Positions 10,990 to 19,933 of a stretch of 63,488 nt of DNA are shown here, piece by piece; position 1 is the stretch's first letter, and each line of letters opens with the position of its first letter. Under the pieces are notes generated by a model. The model was not told the DNA's origin, searched no databases, and saw only the letters and a program-made list of their open reading frames with translations. The DNA is from Candidatus Timburyella stercoris (GTDB lineage: Bacteria; Bacillota; Clostridia; Oscillospirales; Acutalibacteraceae): assembly GCA_904384255.1 (NCBI GenBank), contig CAJFJP010000001.1, forward strand, positions 21,415 to 84,902, given 5' to 3'. The translations under genes were made by a program, and so were the position numbers.

Positions 10990-11670
10990 TTATAAAGACT
11001 CAATTTTCGACAGCTCCACTTTTTTTACTTTCATATCATATAATACAAGCACAGCGGAAATAGTGAGAGGCAGTATGCATATCCAGCAGCCCCTTGAGGC
11101 AAACAGATAGCAGCTTATATAGCCTATAATAACGCCTATATGGTAAAAAATAAGAGTCATACCGAAAAATCTAGCCTTGTGCAGATGCTTTTTATCTTTA
11201 TCGCAAAAATATTCAGTTAACGCTGTGGCTGTCTGCTTAATATTATTGGTGGAGAATATTGATGAGCAGACATAACCCTCAGCTCCACTGTAAACACACC
11301 ACTGCATTGCCATACAGAAAAATATTGGGTAAAGCGCAAGAACATTGTCTGCAGTTGTTGGAGTAAAAGTACATATTAATGCTGCTGCAGCATTAACGCA
11401 TATACTGATAAGACGCATATTAAGATGTGTGCGTTTAACAAGAAGCGAGGACAGAACAATGGCGGATATATATAGTAATGCGGCGCCGAGCCTAAAAAGC
11501 ATTTCATGCCAATTACGGCCAAACAGACTTGCCAAAATATATATAAAATTAGAGGTTTGAGATGAAGCGAAAATATCCAAATGATTTAAAAGCGCATAAA
11601 CGCCGAAAAATCCGCCGGAAACACTCATGCTATAGTGTATGTAGGATTTAATATTTTGCTTTTTTATCAT
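10990..11670 (-). CDS. YoaK/DUF1275-like membrane protein
   Basis: 226 aa, 6 predicted TM helices. The N-terminal SGGFFGVYALL pattern recalls the UPF0700/YoaK family. TTGCTT-16-TATAAT promoter-like sequence upstream. Confidence 0.55.
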   Translation of the reverse strand: MIKKQNIKSYIHYSMSVSGGFFGVYALLNHLDIFASSQTSNFIYILASLFGRNWHEMLFRLGAALLYISAIVLSSLLVKRTHLNMRLISICVNAAAALICTFTPTTADNVLALYPIFFCMAMQWCVYSGAEGYVCSSIFSTNNIKQTATALTEYFCDKDKKHLHKARFFGMTLIFYHIGVIIGYISCYLFASRGCWICILPLTISAVLVLYDMKVKKVELSKIESL

Positions 11671-12300
11671 TTTTGTGCTCCTTGCACATTATTTACAATA
11701 AAATTATAACACAATAGCACATTGAAGCAAGGTCGGAGCAGAAAAAACGGAGAATTGGACATAATGGATTAAATTGCTGCTGTGTTTTTTGTTTGCAGCG
11801 CATAAAGCTGAGAATGTAAAGATTTTGTATACTGCGAAAAATAAAGTTTGCAGTATAGCTTAACAGTCTACTGTGTGACATCAAGGCAGTAGGGGGCAGT
11901 ATGTTATTCATCATATCAAAGCTTCTCCAAAAGTAAAGATTATTTAAGCTGCCGGGCATCGAACAGAATATGGTTTTAAGCATTTTTGCGCGTACACTGC
12001 GTTAAAATTTTTGCCATACTGCCGTGTAGCAAAATTTATGGCTTTCCCACACGAAAACCTTATTACTTAAAACTGCTTCGCATCTAAAATGTCTGAGGCG
12101 GAGATAAACTTTTGCTTTTGAGATGACTGGCCCGCTGACACATATCAAGGGTGAAAAGTGAAAAGACGCTGCGTCGCACATTTTAGGCACATTGGTTTTA
12201 ACTCCCGCCGGCTTAAGCTAATTATAAATAATTTAAACTTTAAAGTTGGCCACCCCATTCAAGGAGAATTAAGCTTTATCAAACTGTAATTAATGTTAAC

Positions 12301-12345
12301 AAAAAAGCCAAACCGAGAACGCGAACATGCGTCCAGGCTCGGCCT
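12301..12345 (-). terminator. Terminator-like repeat copy 1 (hairpin plus T-run on the minus strand)
   Basis: Minus strand: CCGAG-CCTGGACGCATGTTCGCGTT-CTCGG followed by TTTGGCTTTTTT. Shares a 24-nt core (GAACGCGAACATGCGTCCAGGCTC on the plus strand) with copy 2. Confidence 0.45.
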
Positions 12346-12401
12346 TATGAGAAACCTTGGCAAAAAAATATTCAATCTTAAACGCGAGTGAAAAAGGTAA
12401 T

Positions 12402-12445
12402 AAAAAAGCTGAACCTGGAACGCGAACATGCGTCCAGGCTCAGCC
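12402..12445 (-). terminator. Terminator-like repeat copy 2
   Basis: Minus strand: CCTGGACGC-ATGTT-GCGTTCCAGG followed by TTCAGCTTTTTT. Lies 101 nt from copy 1 in the same orientation. Confidence 0.45.
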
Positions 12446-12716
12446 TGGTGTAATCATTCCAACAAAAGAAAAACATCGAAAACAATGATTTTTGTGGTGA
12501 TTTTCAAGTACCTTTCCTTTATATTTTTATACTAACATAAAGAACTCTGAAAATCAAGTGGTTGCAATGCTTTTTTTGACCAGTTTTTTCAGCTTTTTTG
12601 CAGTAAACAGGTTCTGTGATTGAGTCAATCCCTTTAAAATAAAGAAATAATCCCCTGAAACTAGACCTTACCAGTCTGTTTCAAGGAATCCATTCAGTCT
12701 ATTAGGAAACTTAATT

Positions 12717-13139
12717 TTAGTATAATCTTACAAGTTTCAATCTTAGTGAAGCAAACCCGTTTTTCACGAACAAATCTGCCGATTGTGTTCCGCTTGGAAT
12801 GTTTACCACATCACTTACCATAGTTCCTCCACCACCGTACACTCCACCATTTCCATTTCCATAAATCATAGTAGGAGAGGTGATGCAACATTGAATTGCA
12901 TGCGATTTTCCATCGATTTCAAACACTTTTGTTTCCCCATTTCTAATTGATGCAATTACTTGTCCGTCACAAATGATTTGATATACTACTGCACAACCAA
13001 AAAAACCTGATGCTCTTTCAATTCGAATTTTTCTTAGCTTTGCTTTCTGGTAAGCTGACTCATTTTTCACCTTTGCTCCACAGTATAAACAGAAAATACT
13101 CTCGTCCGGAATGCTCTGGTTACATTTAGTGCATATCAT
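12717..13139 (-). CDS. Zinc-ribbon domain protein with glycine-rich segment, function unknown
   Basis: MICTKCNQSIPDESIFCLYCGAKV has a CxxC...CxxC zinc ribbon. ATG at 13139 follows AGGAA; the track start at 13154 has no SD. The gene is AT-rich and lies outside the predicted ICE end. Confidence 0.5.
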   Translation of the reverse strand: MICTKCNQSIPDESIFCLYCGAKVKNESAYQKAKLRKIRIERASGFFGCAVVYQIICDGQVIASIRNGETKVFEIDGKSHAIQCCITSPTMIYGNGNGGVYGGGGTMVSDVVNIPSGTQSADLFVKNGFASLRLKLVRLY

Positions 13140-13246
13140 TTTTTCATTCCTCATCGTTAATATAAATTATAGTCTTTATAACTGCTTCACCTTTCTTAAT
13201 ATTATTATATCACACTTTCCAATGTTTTTCAATATTTCCCTTTCAT

Positions 13247-13290
13247 TTCCAAAAATAAAAGCACCTCTTACGAAGTGCTTTTATTTTTGT
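13247..13290 (-). terminator. Bidirectional-type terminator downstream of the recombinase genes
   Basis: AAAAGCAC-ctcttacgaa-GTGCTTTT flanked by A-runs and T-runs on both sides. Confidence 0.6.
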
Positions 13291-13334
13291 CTATTCACTA
13301 TAAAAAAGATATTTTGGGTGGTTTTGTGTAGGGA

Positions 13335-13347
13335 TTTGAACTCTCAC
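13335..13347. repeat. Left copy of a 13-bp terminal inverted repeat (candidate attL half-site)
   Basis: TTTGAACTCTCAC is the exact reverse complement of 62344-62356. It lies 53 bp beyond the stop of the outermost recombinase gene. Confidence 0.5.
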
Positions 13348-13399
13348 CAAAAAATTCTTGAGTTTTCAAATTTCGTGGCGGTAGTGGTTAGTCACAGAT

Positions 13400-15040
13400 T
13401 CAGATTAATGTTTCTGTTACTTCAAGCCCGCCGATAAATACGACTTTGATCTGCTCTTTAGATTCTACGATCACGCATTCGAGTATCTGGCGTATGATCT
13501 TGTCATCATAGGTTAGCGGATGATTCTTCAGTCCATCGAGAATAGTATAAATCTCATCAAGACGGGATTTTGCATTTTCACGCTTTTGCTTTGCAACATC
13601 GATCTGTTCAAGCTGTGCGAGAAGGTTGGTTTTCTCATTCATAAGTGTAGCTGCTTTGCTCTCATCGAAACTATCGGCTGTTTGTGCAGATATTTCTTGT
13701 ACCATGGCTTTGAATTTTGCATCAATTTCAGCGATCCGTATTTGTATATCGAGGCTTTTGTCCTCGCTTTCTTCTGCATCTAAGCCCATACCGATGTGTA
13801 GCTTAAGAGTTTTCAGCACCTCGGCATTCTGCTTCGCCGTTTTTTGTACGGCATTCATAATAGCGTTTTGAAGCACACTTTCCTCTATGGTTGGCGAGTG
13901 GTGGCAATACTTTTTACCGTAGTCGAGTCGGTTGATGCAACGCCATACAATTTTCTTTTCACCCCTTACTGTCCATGTACATCGGCGATACGGCGTTCGG
14001 CATTCTCCGCAGATGAGCAGTTCTGTCAGCGCATACTTCCCACAGTACTTTCCTTGCTCAGTTTTCGTTCCAACCTGTTTGACTTTTCGTTTCCCAGATC
14101 GTCTTGCGCGTTCTTCCTGCACTCTGCCGAAGGTAGCAGCATCGATGATTGCAGGATGATTGTTTTCCACATAATATTTAGGGCGTTCACCGTTATTGAC
14201 CTGTACTTTTTTGGTGAGGCAGTCGGTAATGTAGGTTTTACCTATAACCACATCGCCTTTGTAGCGTTCGTTGGAGAGAATTGATTGGATAGTTGATTCG
14301 TTCCATTTTTGTTTTCCTGCAGGGGTAGGGATATCGTTTTCCATGAGGTAGTGTGCAATGGTACTGTAACTATCTCCTGCGAGGAATTTCTCATAAATTA
14401 GCCGGACAATTGGTGCCTGTTCAGGGTCGATTTCTGGCTGTCCGTCCTTGCCCTTGCGGTAGCCGAGAAAATTCTCGTAATGGAAGGACACTTTTCCGGC
14501 TTTTGCGCTTTGCTCTTTGCCCCATTTGACATTGGCACTGATATTCTCAGACTCGCTTTGCGCAATACTACCGTAGATAGTAATATAAAACTCTGCACCT
14601 GGATCGGTGCTATGAATGCCCTGTTCTTCGAAGTACACATCCACGCCCAAGTCCTTAAGCATTCTTGTGTGGGTTAAACAGTCTACTGTATTTCGTGCAA
14701 ATCGGGAAATAGATTTTACGATTATCATGTCAATTTTTCCCTGCTTGCATTTGCGGATCATCTTGTTAAATTCATCGCGCTTTTTGATGCTCGTTCCGGT
14801 GATGCCTTTATCCGCATAAATTCCAACCAGCGTCCATTTGGGTTCGCTTTGGATTCGCTCGGTGTAGTGCTTAACCTGTATTTCATAGCTGTTAAGTTGT
14901 TCTTCCTGCTTAGTGGATACACGACAATATGCAGCTACCCGAAGCTGACGGTACTCTTTCTTTAATTGTTTTGCTGTATCAATGGTTGGCTCTATCTTGT
15001 GTACCACTCGTGGCGGTCGCTGTATTTCTGGTACTTCCAT
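13400..15040 (-). CDS. Large serine recombinase (resolvase catalytic domain, recombinase domain, zinc ribbon, coiled coil)
   Basis: RVAAYCRVSTKQEEQ catalytic Ser motif, IVKSISRFARN, CGECRTPYRR zinc ribbon. AAAGGAG SD before the ATG at 15040. Confidence 0.9.
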   Translation of the reverse strand: MEVPEIQRPPRVVHKIEPTIDTAKQLKKEYRQLRVAAYCRVSTKQEEQLNSYEIQVKHYTERIQSEPKWTLVGIYADKGITGTSIKKRDEFNKMIRKCKQGKIDMIIVKSISRFARNTVDCLTHTRMLKDLGVDVYFEEQGIHSTDPGAEFYITIYGSIAQSESENISANVKWGKEQSAKAGKVSFHYENFLGYRKGKDGQPEIDPEQAPIVRLIYEKFLAGDSYSTIAHYLMENDIPTPAGKQKWNESTIQSILSNERYKGDVVIGKTYITDCLTKKVQVNNGERPKYYVENNHPAIIDAATFGRVQEERARRSGKRKVKQVGTKTEQGKYCGKYALTELLICGECRTPYRRCTWTVRGEKKIVWRCINRLDYGKKYCHHSPTIEESVLQNAIMNAVQKTAKQNAEVLKTLKLHIGMGLDAEESEDKSLDIQIRIAEIDAKFKAMVQEISAQTADSFDESKAATLMNEKTNLLAQLEQIDVAKQKRENAKSRLDEIYTILDGLKNHPLTYDDKIIRQILECVIVESKEQIKVVFIGGLEVTETLI

Positions 15041-15911
15041 CGCTTTGCTCCTTTCTGATCTGTTGACCGTTTGTTAGTATTATGCAGACCTCTCCGTTCT
15101 CGATAAACTGAACCTCACTAACAGTTCGGTTGAATAAGTCCGATGAAAAATCAGAAAGCGGACTCGCATTTGTTAAGTCCGCTTTTAACTGTTTTGCTGT
15201 ATAAACTGTATTGTCAATACTCGCATATTTGAGGGCAACACTTCGCAAAAATTTCTTTCTTAAGGCCTCCTTTTGAATGGAAAAGCCTTCGATGGCTCTG
15301 TCAATTTCATTGTTTAGTCTGCGAAGTTCGAGGCTTTGTTCTTTTGCTGCTGGTTTCGGTATGATGATTCTTTCTGGAGCAGCAATCACACTATTTAAAA
15401 GTTCGGTGAGTCTGCCAAGCAATTCTTTATCAGATATAACAATCACCTTTCGGCAATCATCCTTTCTACAAGTCCATCTTTCACTGCATTTGCTTCGCTT
15501 GTCACTGCGTCGATGCATTTCGCTGCCACACATAGGACATTTGACGGGGACGGCAATTTGGAAAATATCTGCTTTGCGATTCACAGCTTTCTGTGTGTTG
15601 CGCGAATCTTTTATTTTTTGAATAGTATCATATGTTTCCTTGTCAACGAGTGCAGGATAATTATCGTTCCCAAGATAGCGTTCGTCTTCAAGGATTCGCT
15701 TGAGTCTTGCTTTGTTCCAACCGATGGTGCCAGGCATAAATTCGACATTTCGTGCATTGAGTTCCTCTGTAATATTCAGAAGAGATTTCCCTGAAAGGTA
15801 TCTGTCATAAATCTCTGTAAGGATTGCTTGTTCCTGCTCATGAATAGCAATACAACCTTTTATAAAACGATATCCATATGGGAGAGGGCGGTTTTTCATG
15901 CGCTTTTGCAC
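14979..15911 (-). CDS. Serine-recombinase paralogue lacking the N-terminal catalytic domain (recombinase domain plus zinc ribbon only)
   Basis: Starts directly with PYGYRF...IYDRYLSGKS...ERYLG (recombinase-domain motifs) and CPMCGSEMHRR. No YxRVS catalytic segment. Overlaps both neighbouring genes (16 nt and 62 nt). Confidence 0.75.
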   Translation of the reverse strand: MQKRMKNRPLPYGYRFIKGCIAIHEQEQAILTEIYDRYLSGKSLLNITEELNARNVEFMPGTIGWNKARLKRILEDERYLGNDNYPALVDKETYDTIQKIKDSRNTQKAVNRKADIFQIAVPVKCPMCGSEMHRRSDKRSKCSERWTCRKDDCRKVIVISDKELLGRLTELLNSVIAAPERIIIPKPAAKEQSLELRRLNNEIDRAIEGFSIQKEALRKKFLRSVALKYASIDNTVYTAKQLKADLTNASPLSDFSSDLFNRTVSEVQFIENGEVCIILTNGQQIRKEQSDGSTRNTATATSGTQDRANH

Positions 15912-17464
15912 CGTCCTTTCTCATTGATTCGTTCTGCCAACTCAATCCCTCCAAGCAGATGGAAGGTAAGCTGCGTGCAGTCATCAACTATGATGCTTTG
16001 TACGAGCTGTTCAAAAAGTTTCTCGTCAAATTCTGCTGACGGATCAGTATTTTCAAGGATTTCGTTCAATTCTCTGAGACTATCAAGCCATGCGTCATCC
16101 TCGTCTTCAGAAAGCTTTTTTCGCCGTTCTATACGCAGGGCAGTGATTTTATTATTGATTTCGGATGTCTGTGCCGTATATTCGGCAGATGGCAGAATTC
16201 CGCTTGTATGAAGCCTTGTGATAACAAGGTTCTGTGCGGAGAGGTCGGCAAGTTCCTTATCAATTTGACGCACCTTGCCCTGTATACTGCTTGTCTTATC
16301 CTGCATAGTCTTAATTTGACCGATCAGTGTGCCAATCAGTTCTTTACGGTTATCTTTCAACTTAGCGGCCATCATCATGAAGGTATCATACACAGCATCC
16401 TGCCGTACTCGTCTATACCGACAATCAGTTTCTCCTGCAGATTTTCCGCCGCAGAGCCAATACACGATTCCGTTTGTAAGCTGTCGACGGAAGACTCTGC
16501 CGCATTCGGGGCATCTTAGCTTTCCGGTTAGCGGAACCGGCCTCCTTTTGCAGTCTGTATTAGCTTTTCTTGATTGCATAAGTTCCTGTGCCGCTTTGTA
16601 TACATCCTTTTTCACAAGGGCAATATTGCTATTCTCCACATAATACAGTGGAAGCTGTCCCTTATTCATAACCTTGCAGAATGGCATCGTTTCGGTGGTA
16701 AAGGATTTTTGCAGGATAGCGTCTCCCATATAACGCTCATTTTTGAGGATATATTTGACGGTGGAAGCGTACCATTTCTCTTGGTCGTACCGTCTCGGTA
16801 TTCCTTCCTCATTAAGTAGGTTTGCAATATTCTGTGTGCCAACGCCTTGCAGGTACAAGCTGAAAATCCGGCGTACTATAGCCGCCTCGTCCTTTTTCGG
16901 TACAAGTTGCCCATCGATTAGATCATAACCGTATGCTGGGGAACAACAATTGAACTCTCCTGATTCCATCCGCTTCTGATAACTCCAACGCATATTCCTC
17001 GATATGGACACGCTTTCCTGCTGTGCAGCCATACCCGGAAATGTTACAATCATTTCCATATTCAGTTTATCAGTGTCGATGCCCTGTTCCTCGAAGTACA
17101 CGCTAACGCCAAGGCTTTTTAGCATTCGGAGAATTGTCAGCAATTCTTCGGTATTCCGCGCAAAACGGGATATTGACTTGACGATGATGCGGTCAATCTT
17201 TCCTTTTTTACAGTCGCAGATCAGACGGTTCAGTTCATCCCGTTTTTTCATATCTGTTCCGGTCAACCCTTCGTCTGCATAAATATCAACCAGTGTGTAT
17301 TCTGGATGCTTTCTCTCGTACTCGCTGTAATATCGTATTTGTGCAGCGAAGGAATGAAGCTGATCTTCGGAATCGCTTGATACGCGGCAGTAGGCTGCAA
17401 ACCGAATGGGAACTTCTGATTTCTGCTTCACTGGGGTAATTTCCACAATATTCATTTTGTTCAC
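15896..17464 (-). CDS. Large serine recombinase
   Basis: RFAAYCRVSSDSEDQ catalytic motif, IVKSISRFARN, CPECGRVFRR zinc ribbon, C-terminal coiled coil. Confidence 0.9.
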   Translation of the reverse strand: MNKMNIVEITPVKQKSEVPIRFAAYCRVSSDSEDQLHSFAAQIRYYSEYERKHPEYTLVDIYADEGLTGTDMKKRDELNRLICDCKKGKIDRIIVKSISRFARNTEELLTILRMLKSLGVSVYFEEQGIDTDKLNMEMIVTFPGMAAQQESVSISRNMRWSYQKRMESGEFNCCSPAYGYDLIDGQLVPKKDEAAIVRRIFSLYLQGVGTQNIANLLNEEGIPRRYDQEKWYASTVKYILKNERYMGDAILQKSFTTETMPFCKVMNKGQLPLYYVENSNIALVKKDVYKAAQELMQSRKANTDCKRRPVPLTGKLRCPECGRVFRRQLTNGIVYWLCGGKSAGETDCRYRRVRQDAVYDTFMMMAAKLKDNRKELIGTLIGQIKTMQDKTSSIQGKVRQIDKELADLSAQNLVITRLHTSGILPSAEYTAQTSEINNKITALRIERRKKLSEDEDDAWLDSLRELNEILENTDPSAEFDEKLFEQLVQSIIVDDCTQLTFHLLGGIELAERINEKGRCKSA

Positions 17465-17545
17465 TCCTTTCTTTGTTTTTGCCTTTTGGCAACACCAACA
17501 ATATCATATGAGTTCCAGTCAGTCCAGCAAAAATAGCGAGAGTTA

Positions 17546-17704
17546 TCATTTCAGACATATATTTTCGGTATCGTAGTAGACGGCGCTGATATGGATAGTT
17601 TTATCGTATTCTTCTTTGGTAATGAGCTTCATGTTGAGAAGCATTTGAAGCAGGTTCACACTGTAGGTAAAAGATGCGATATTGATATCTGTTCCGTTTT
17701 TCAT
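17546..17704 (-). CDS. Small 52-aa ORF translationally coupled to mazF (below the track cut-off)
   Basis: ATG at 17704 lies 2 nt after the mazF TAA. Product: MKNGTDINIASFTYSVNLLQMLLNMKLITKEEYDKTIHISAVYYDTENICLK. No family assignment. Confidence 0.35.
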   Translation of the reverse strand: MKNGTDINIASFTYSVNLLQMLLNMKLITKEEYDKTIHISAVYYDTENICLK

Positions 17705-17706
17705 TT

Positions 17707-18063
17707 TTACAAGCCCTCCAAGTATTCAAGCCCGAAGCTGATCACGATTGCGCGGTCGATCCGCTTCATGGTTTTATCGTCTACTGTTCCAATATAATTA
17801 CCAAGACGGGATTTGTCTATCGTTCTGATATGTTCGAGCAGTACCATAGATTTCTTTTTCATGCCATCTGCTGTGAAAATGATATGTGTGGGGAGGTGTG
17901 CTTTATCAAGTTCTCCCGTTATGGCTGCTACAATCGTAGTTTTGCTGTAAAGGTTTCCTTTGTTGTTTTGCAGTATAATTATAGGACGATGGCCGCCCTG
18001 TTCACTGCCAATCACAGGTGACAGATTGGCATAATAAATATCCCCACGTTTCGTTTCATCCAT
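17707..18063 (-). CDS. MazF/PemK family endoribonuclease toxin
   Basis: GDIYYANLSPVIGSEQGGHRPIIILQN...TTIVAAITGE...LPTHI matches the MazF/PemK signature. SD AGGAGG upstream. Confidence 0.85.
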   Translation of the reverse strand: MDETKRGDIYYANLSPVIGSEQGGHRPIIILQNNKGNLYSKTTIVAAITGELDKAHLPTHIIFTADGMKKKSMVLLEHIRTIDKSRLGNYIGTVDDKTMKRIDRAIVISFGLEYLEGL

Positions 18064-18572
18064 TTTATTTGCCTCCTAAGTAGATAGGCGGTCGCTTAAT
18101 TTATATGGAATAAACGACCGCCTTGCCTATATCAATCGTTTTGTTGTTATCCGATATTTGAACCACGCCATCCCTCGGATACACGGGAACGCATCTTCCG
18201 GTCATGCATTTGACCTCATGGGAATTTCACCCCTCCGTGGTTCTCACGAAGCCGTCCTCCTTTGTTGCGACGGCTCACGGCGGTTTCGCCGCTTCTACGC
18301 TCGACTTTAGGACTGGACGGAAGTATCTTTAATGCCTCTGCCTGTCATGGCCTTCGCTGCGGATGCGCCGCAGCGTCGGAGTCTTGAAGATCACGAACAA
18401 CAGCTTTCATTGCTCATTCGGACATTTGCTCCTGTGGCTTATCCCATTTGAGACAGCAGAGGGAAAGTAAAAAATGCGCTGTACTATTCGATTGTCAAAG
18501 AACACCAGAGGCTAAAGAGAAAGCCCCCTCACTTTCCATGCCGAAAAGTTGAGGAGGCTATGCGCTGATTTT
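18064..18572 (-). other. 509-nt ORF-free, hairpin-dense spacer (candidate structured RNA or decayed gene)
   Basis: No ORF longer than about 21 codons on the operon strand. Several perfect 5-9 bp helices are present (see finding). The strand is assigned only from operon context. Confidence 0.3.
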
Positions 18573-19085
18573 TTAGTTTTCCATTAGATTTTTGAGTTTA
18601 GAGAGGATTTTTCCGATTCTGCGGCTGATATTGGATTGATTCAAACCACATGATTTCGCTATTTCTATCTGTGACATATTTTCAAAAAAGTGTAGCCGCA
18701 TTAGATTTTGCTCATCTTCTGTAAGCAGTAAAAGCGCCCGATGCAGCTTGTCCTGCATGATTTTATTTTCAACCTGCGTGGCAACATCCTCGTTGCGGTC
18801 AATCAAAATATCTTCGCCTTTGAATGCATCTGTTGTGAACATGTCATAGGAGATATCTTTGTTTTTCTTTGATTGCTCATACAAATATTTTTGATGACGC
18901 TTGTCTTTGTAAAAATCCTTATAAACGCTATATGTTACTTCCATTAACATCCCGTGCAGCGGGATAAAGAATTTTTCCGCATAGGGGGAGTTTTTATTTT
19001 CTAAGAGTCGGCAGAGTTCCTCATAGGATATTTCTCTGTAGTTGTTGCCTGATAAAATAAATACTTTCTTTGGTGCATATTTCAC
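18573..19085 (-). CDS. Sigma-70 region-4 / HTH protein (Tn916 Orf7-like regulator)
   Basis: C-terminal LTEDEQNLMRLHFFENMSQIEIAKSCGLNQSNISRRIGKILSKL is a sigma-70 region 4 HTH. GTG at 19085 follows GGAGG by 8 nt, whereas the track's TTG at 19100 overlaps that SD. Confidence 0.6.
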   Translation of the reverse strand: MKYAPKKVFILSGNNYREISYEELCRLLENKNSPYAEKFFIPLHGMLMEVTYSVYKDFYKDKRHQKYLYEQSKKNKDISYDMFTTDAFKGEDILIDRNEDVATQVENKIMQDKLHRALLLLTEDEQNLMRLHFFENMSQIEIAKSCGLNQSNISRRIGKILSKLKNLMEN

Positions 19086-19202
19086 CTGTAGTTCCTCCAA
19101 TCAATCGATTTTGAATTTTTTCAAAACAATTGACTGGAGGCGGGTCACGACAGCCGGTACCCCTCCGATGTTCAACACAAAGTTTTATAGTTGGCGCATA
19201 AT

Positions 19203-19248
19203 GAAAAAAGCCAAATTTACCCCTTAAAAAATTATGGGTAAATTTGGC
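19203..19248 (-). terminator. Rho-independent terminator/attenuator about 100 nt upstream of the sigma-like gene
   Basis: Minus strand: GCCAAATTTACCC-loop-GGGTAAATTTGGC (13 bp) followed by TTTTTTC. Confidence 0.55.
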
Positions 19249-19624
19249 GATACGGTTAAGAGATAGGCTCGGAGGCTCGTCCTTTCTCGGACTTTTCTCT
19301 GTATCTTTATTTTTTGTACAATGATGTTGTCTTGATCGCCGGACAGCAAGTAAGGCAACCCTGACAATTATGTATCGGTCAGCTTTCAAAAGGCATCACT
19401 CCAACCGCACGGCAGCACTGCTATACGGTCAGAGTTGCACTATACGGGGCAATACTGCCACGCCAAACAACTGTATTTCTTATGTGAACACACCTCTGAG
19501 GCTGTTCTTCGCTAAGGGGCAAAACATGTCACCTTCCTTTAAATAGATTTGAAAGGTTTTCGTAATACAACAGCGTTTACCGTTGCAAATATAGAGTTTA
19601 TGTGTTTTATCTTTGTTTTTTGTC

Positions 19625-19675
19625 GAGATATAAAACAAAGAGCGCCCGATTTGCTTTCTGCAAATCGGGCGCTCT
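19625..19675 (-). terminator. Strong hairpin terminator (16-bp perfect stem)
   Basis: AGAGCGCCCGATTTGC-5nt loop-GCAAATCGGGCGCTCT, followed on the minus strand by TTGTTTTAT. Confidence 0.6.
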
Positions 19676-19893
19676 AACGCACATATATGGTGGAGGTATC
19701 GACATCCTTTTTATGTTATTCATTTTTTCATATCCTTTCAAAAGAAATGACAAGCGTTTCTCATTTTTACCTCATTAGAATATTTGGGGGATTGCTTTAA
19801 ATTTCCAAAATGTGACTCTTTTTAGTATATTATAGCAATAGAAATGTGAGAAATTTGTTGTATTATGAAATAGTACATAAGATTTCTTTACTT

Positions 19894-19933
19894 TGGGGAT
19901 AAAAATAAAAGACCTTGCAAGCAAAGGTCTTTT
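19894..19933 (-). terminator. Terminator of the Type III res gene
   Basis: AAAAGACCTT-loop-AAGGTCTTTT followed on the minus strand by TATTTTTAT, 13 nt after the res stop. Confidence 0.7.

Noticed and set aside
11693-12190. Small track ORFs (96 aa and 62 aa) in the ORF-free host region.
   Set aside because: They have no SD, an unusual Cys/Phe-rich composition and no motif support. The region is more likely non-coding.
13315-13350. tRNA-like 3' fragment (TGGGTGGTTTTGTGTAGGGATTTGAAC resembles a reverse-strand acceptor plus T-arm), which would suggest tRNA-targeted integration.
   Set aside because: The T-stem halves are not complementary (TAGGG versus CTCTC). The implied acceptor stem would be CACAAAA, and no D or anticodon arm follows. 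The GATTTGAAC similarity is better explained as part of the 13-bp terminal inverted repeat.
18248-18276. Group II intron domain V-like hairpin on the minus strand (GAGCCGTC...GACGGCTTC with an AGC triad), which would suggest an ORF-less group II intron in the 509-nt spacer.
   Set aside because: The loop is 12 nt without the GNRA-capped upper stem and 2-nt bulge of domain V. There is no GUGYG 5' end, no domain VI bulged A and no reverse transcriptase ORF in the window.
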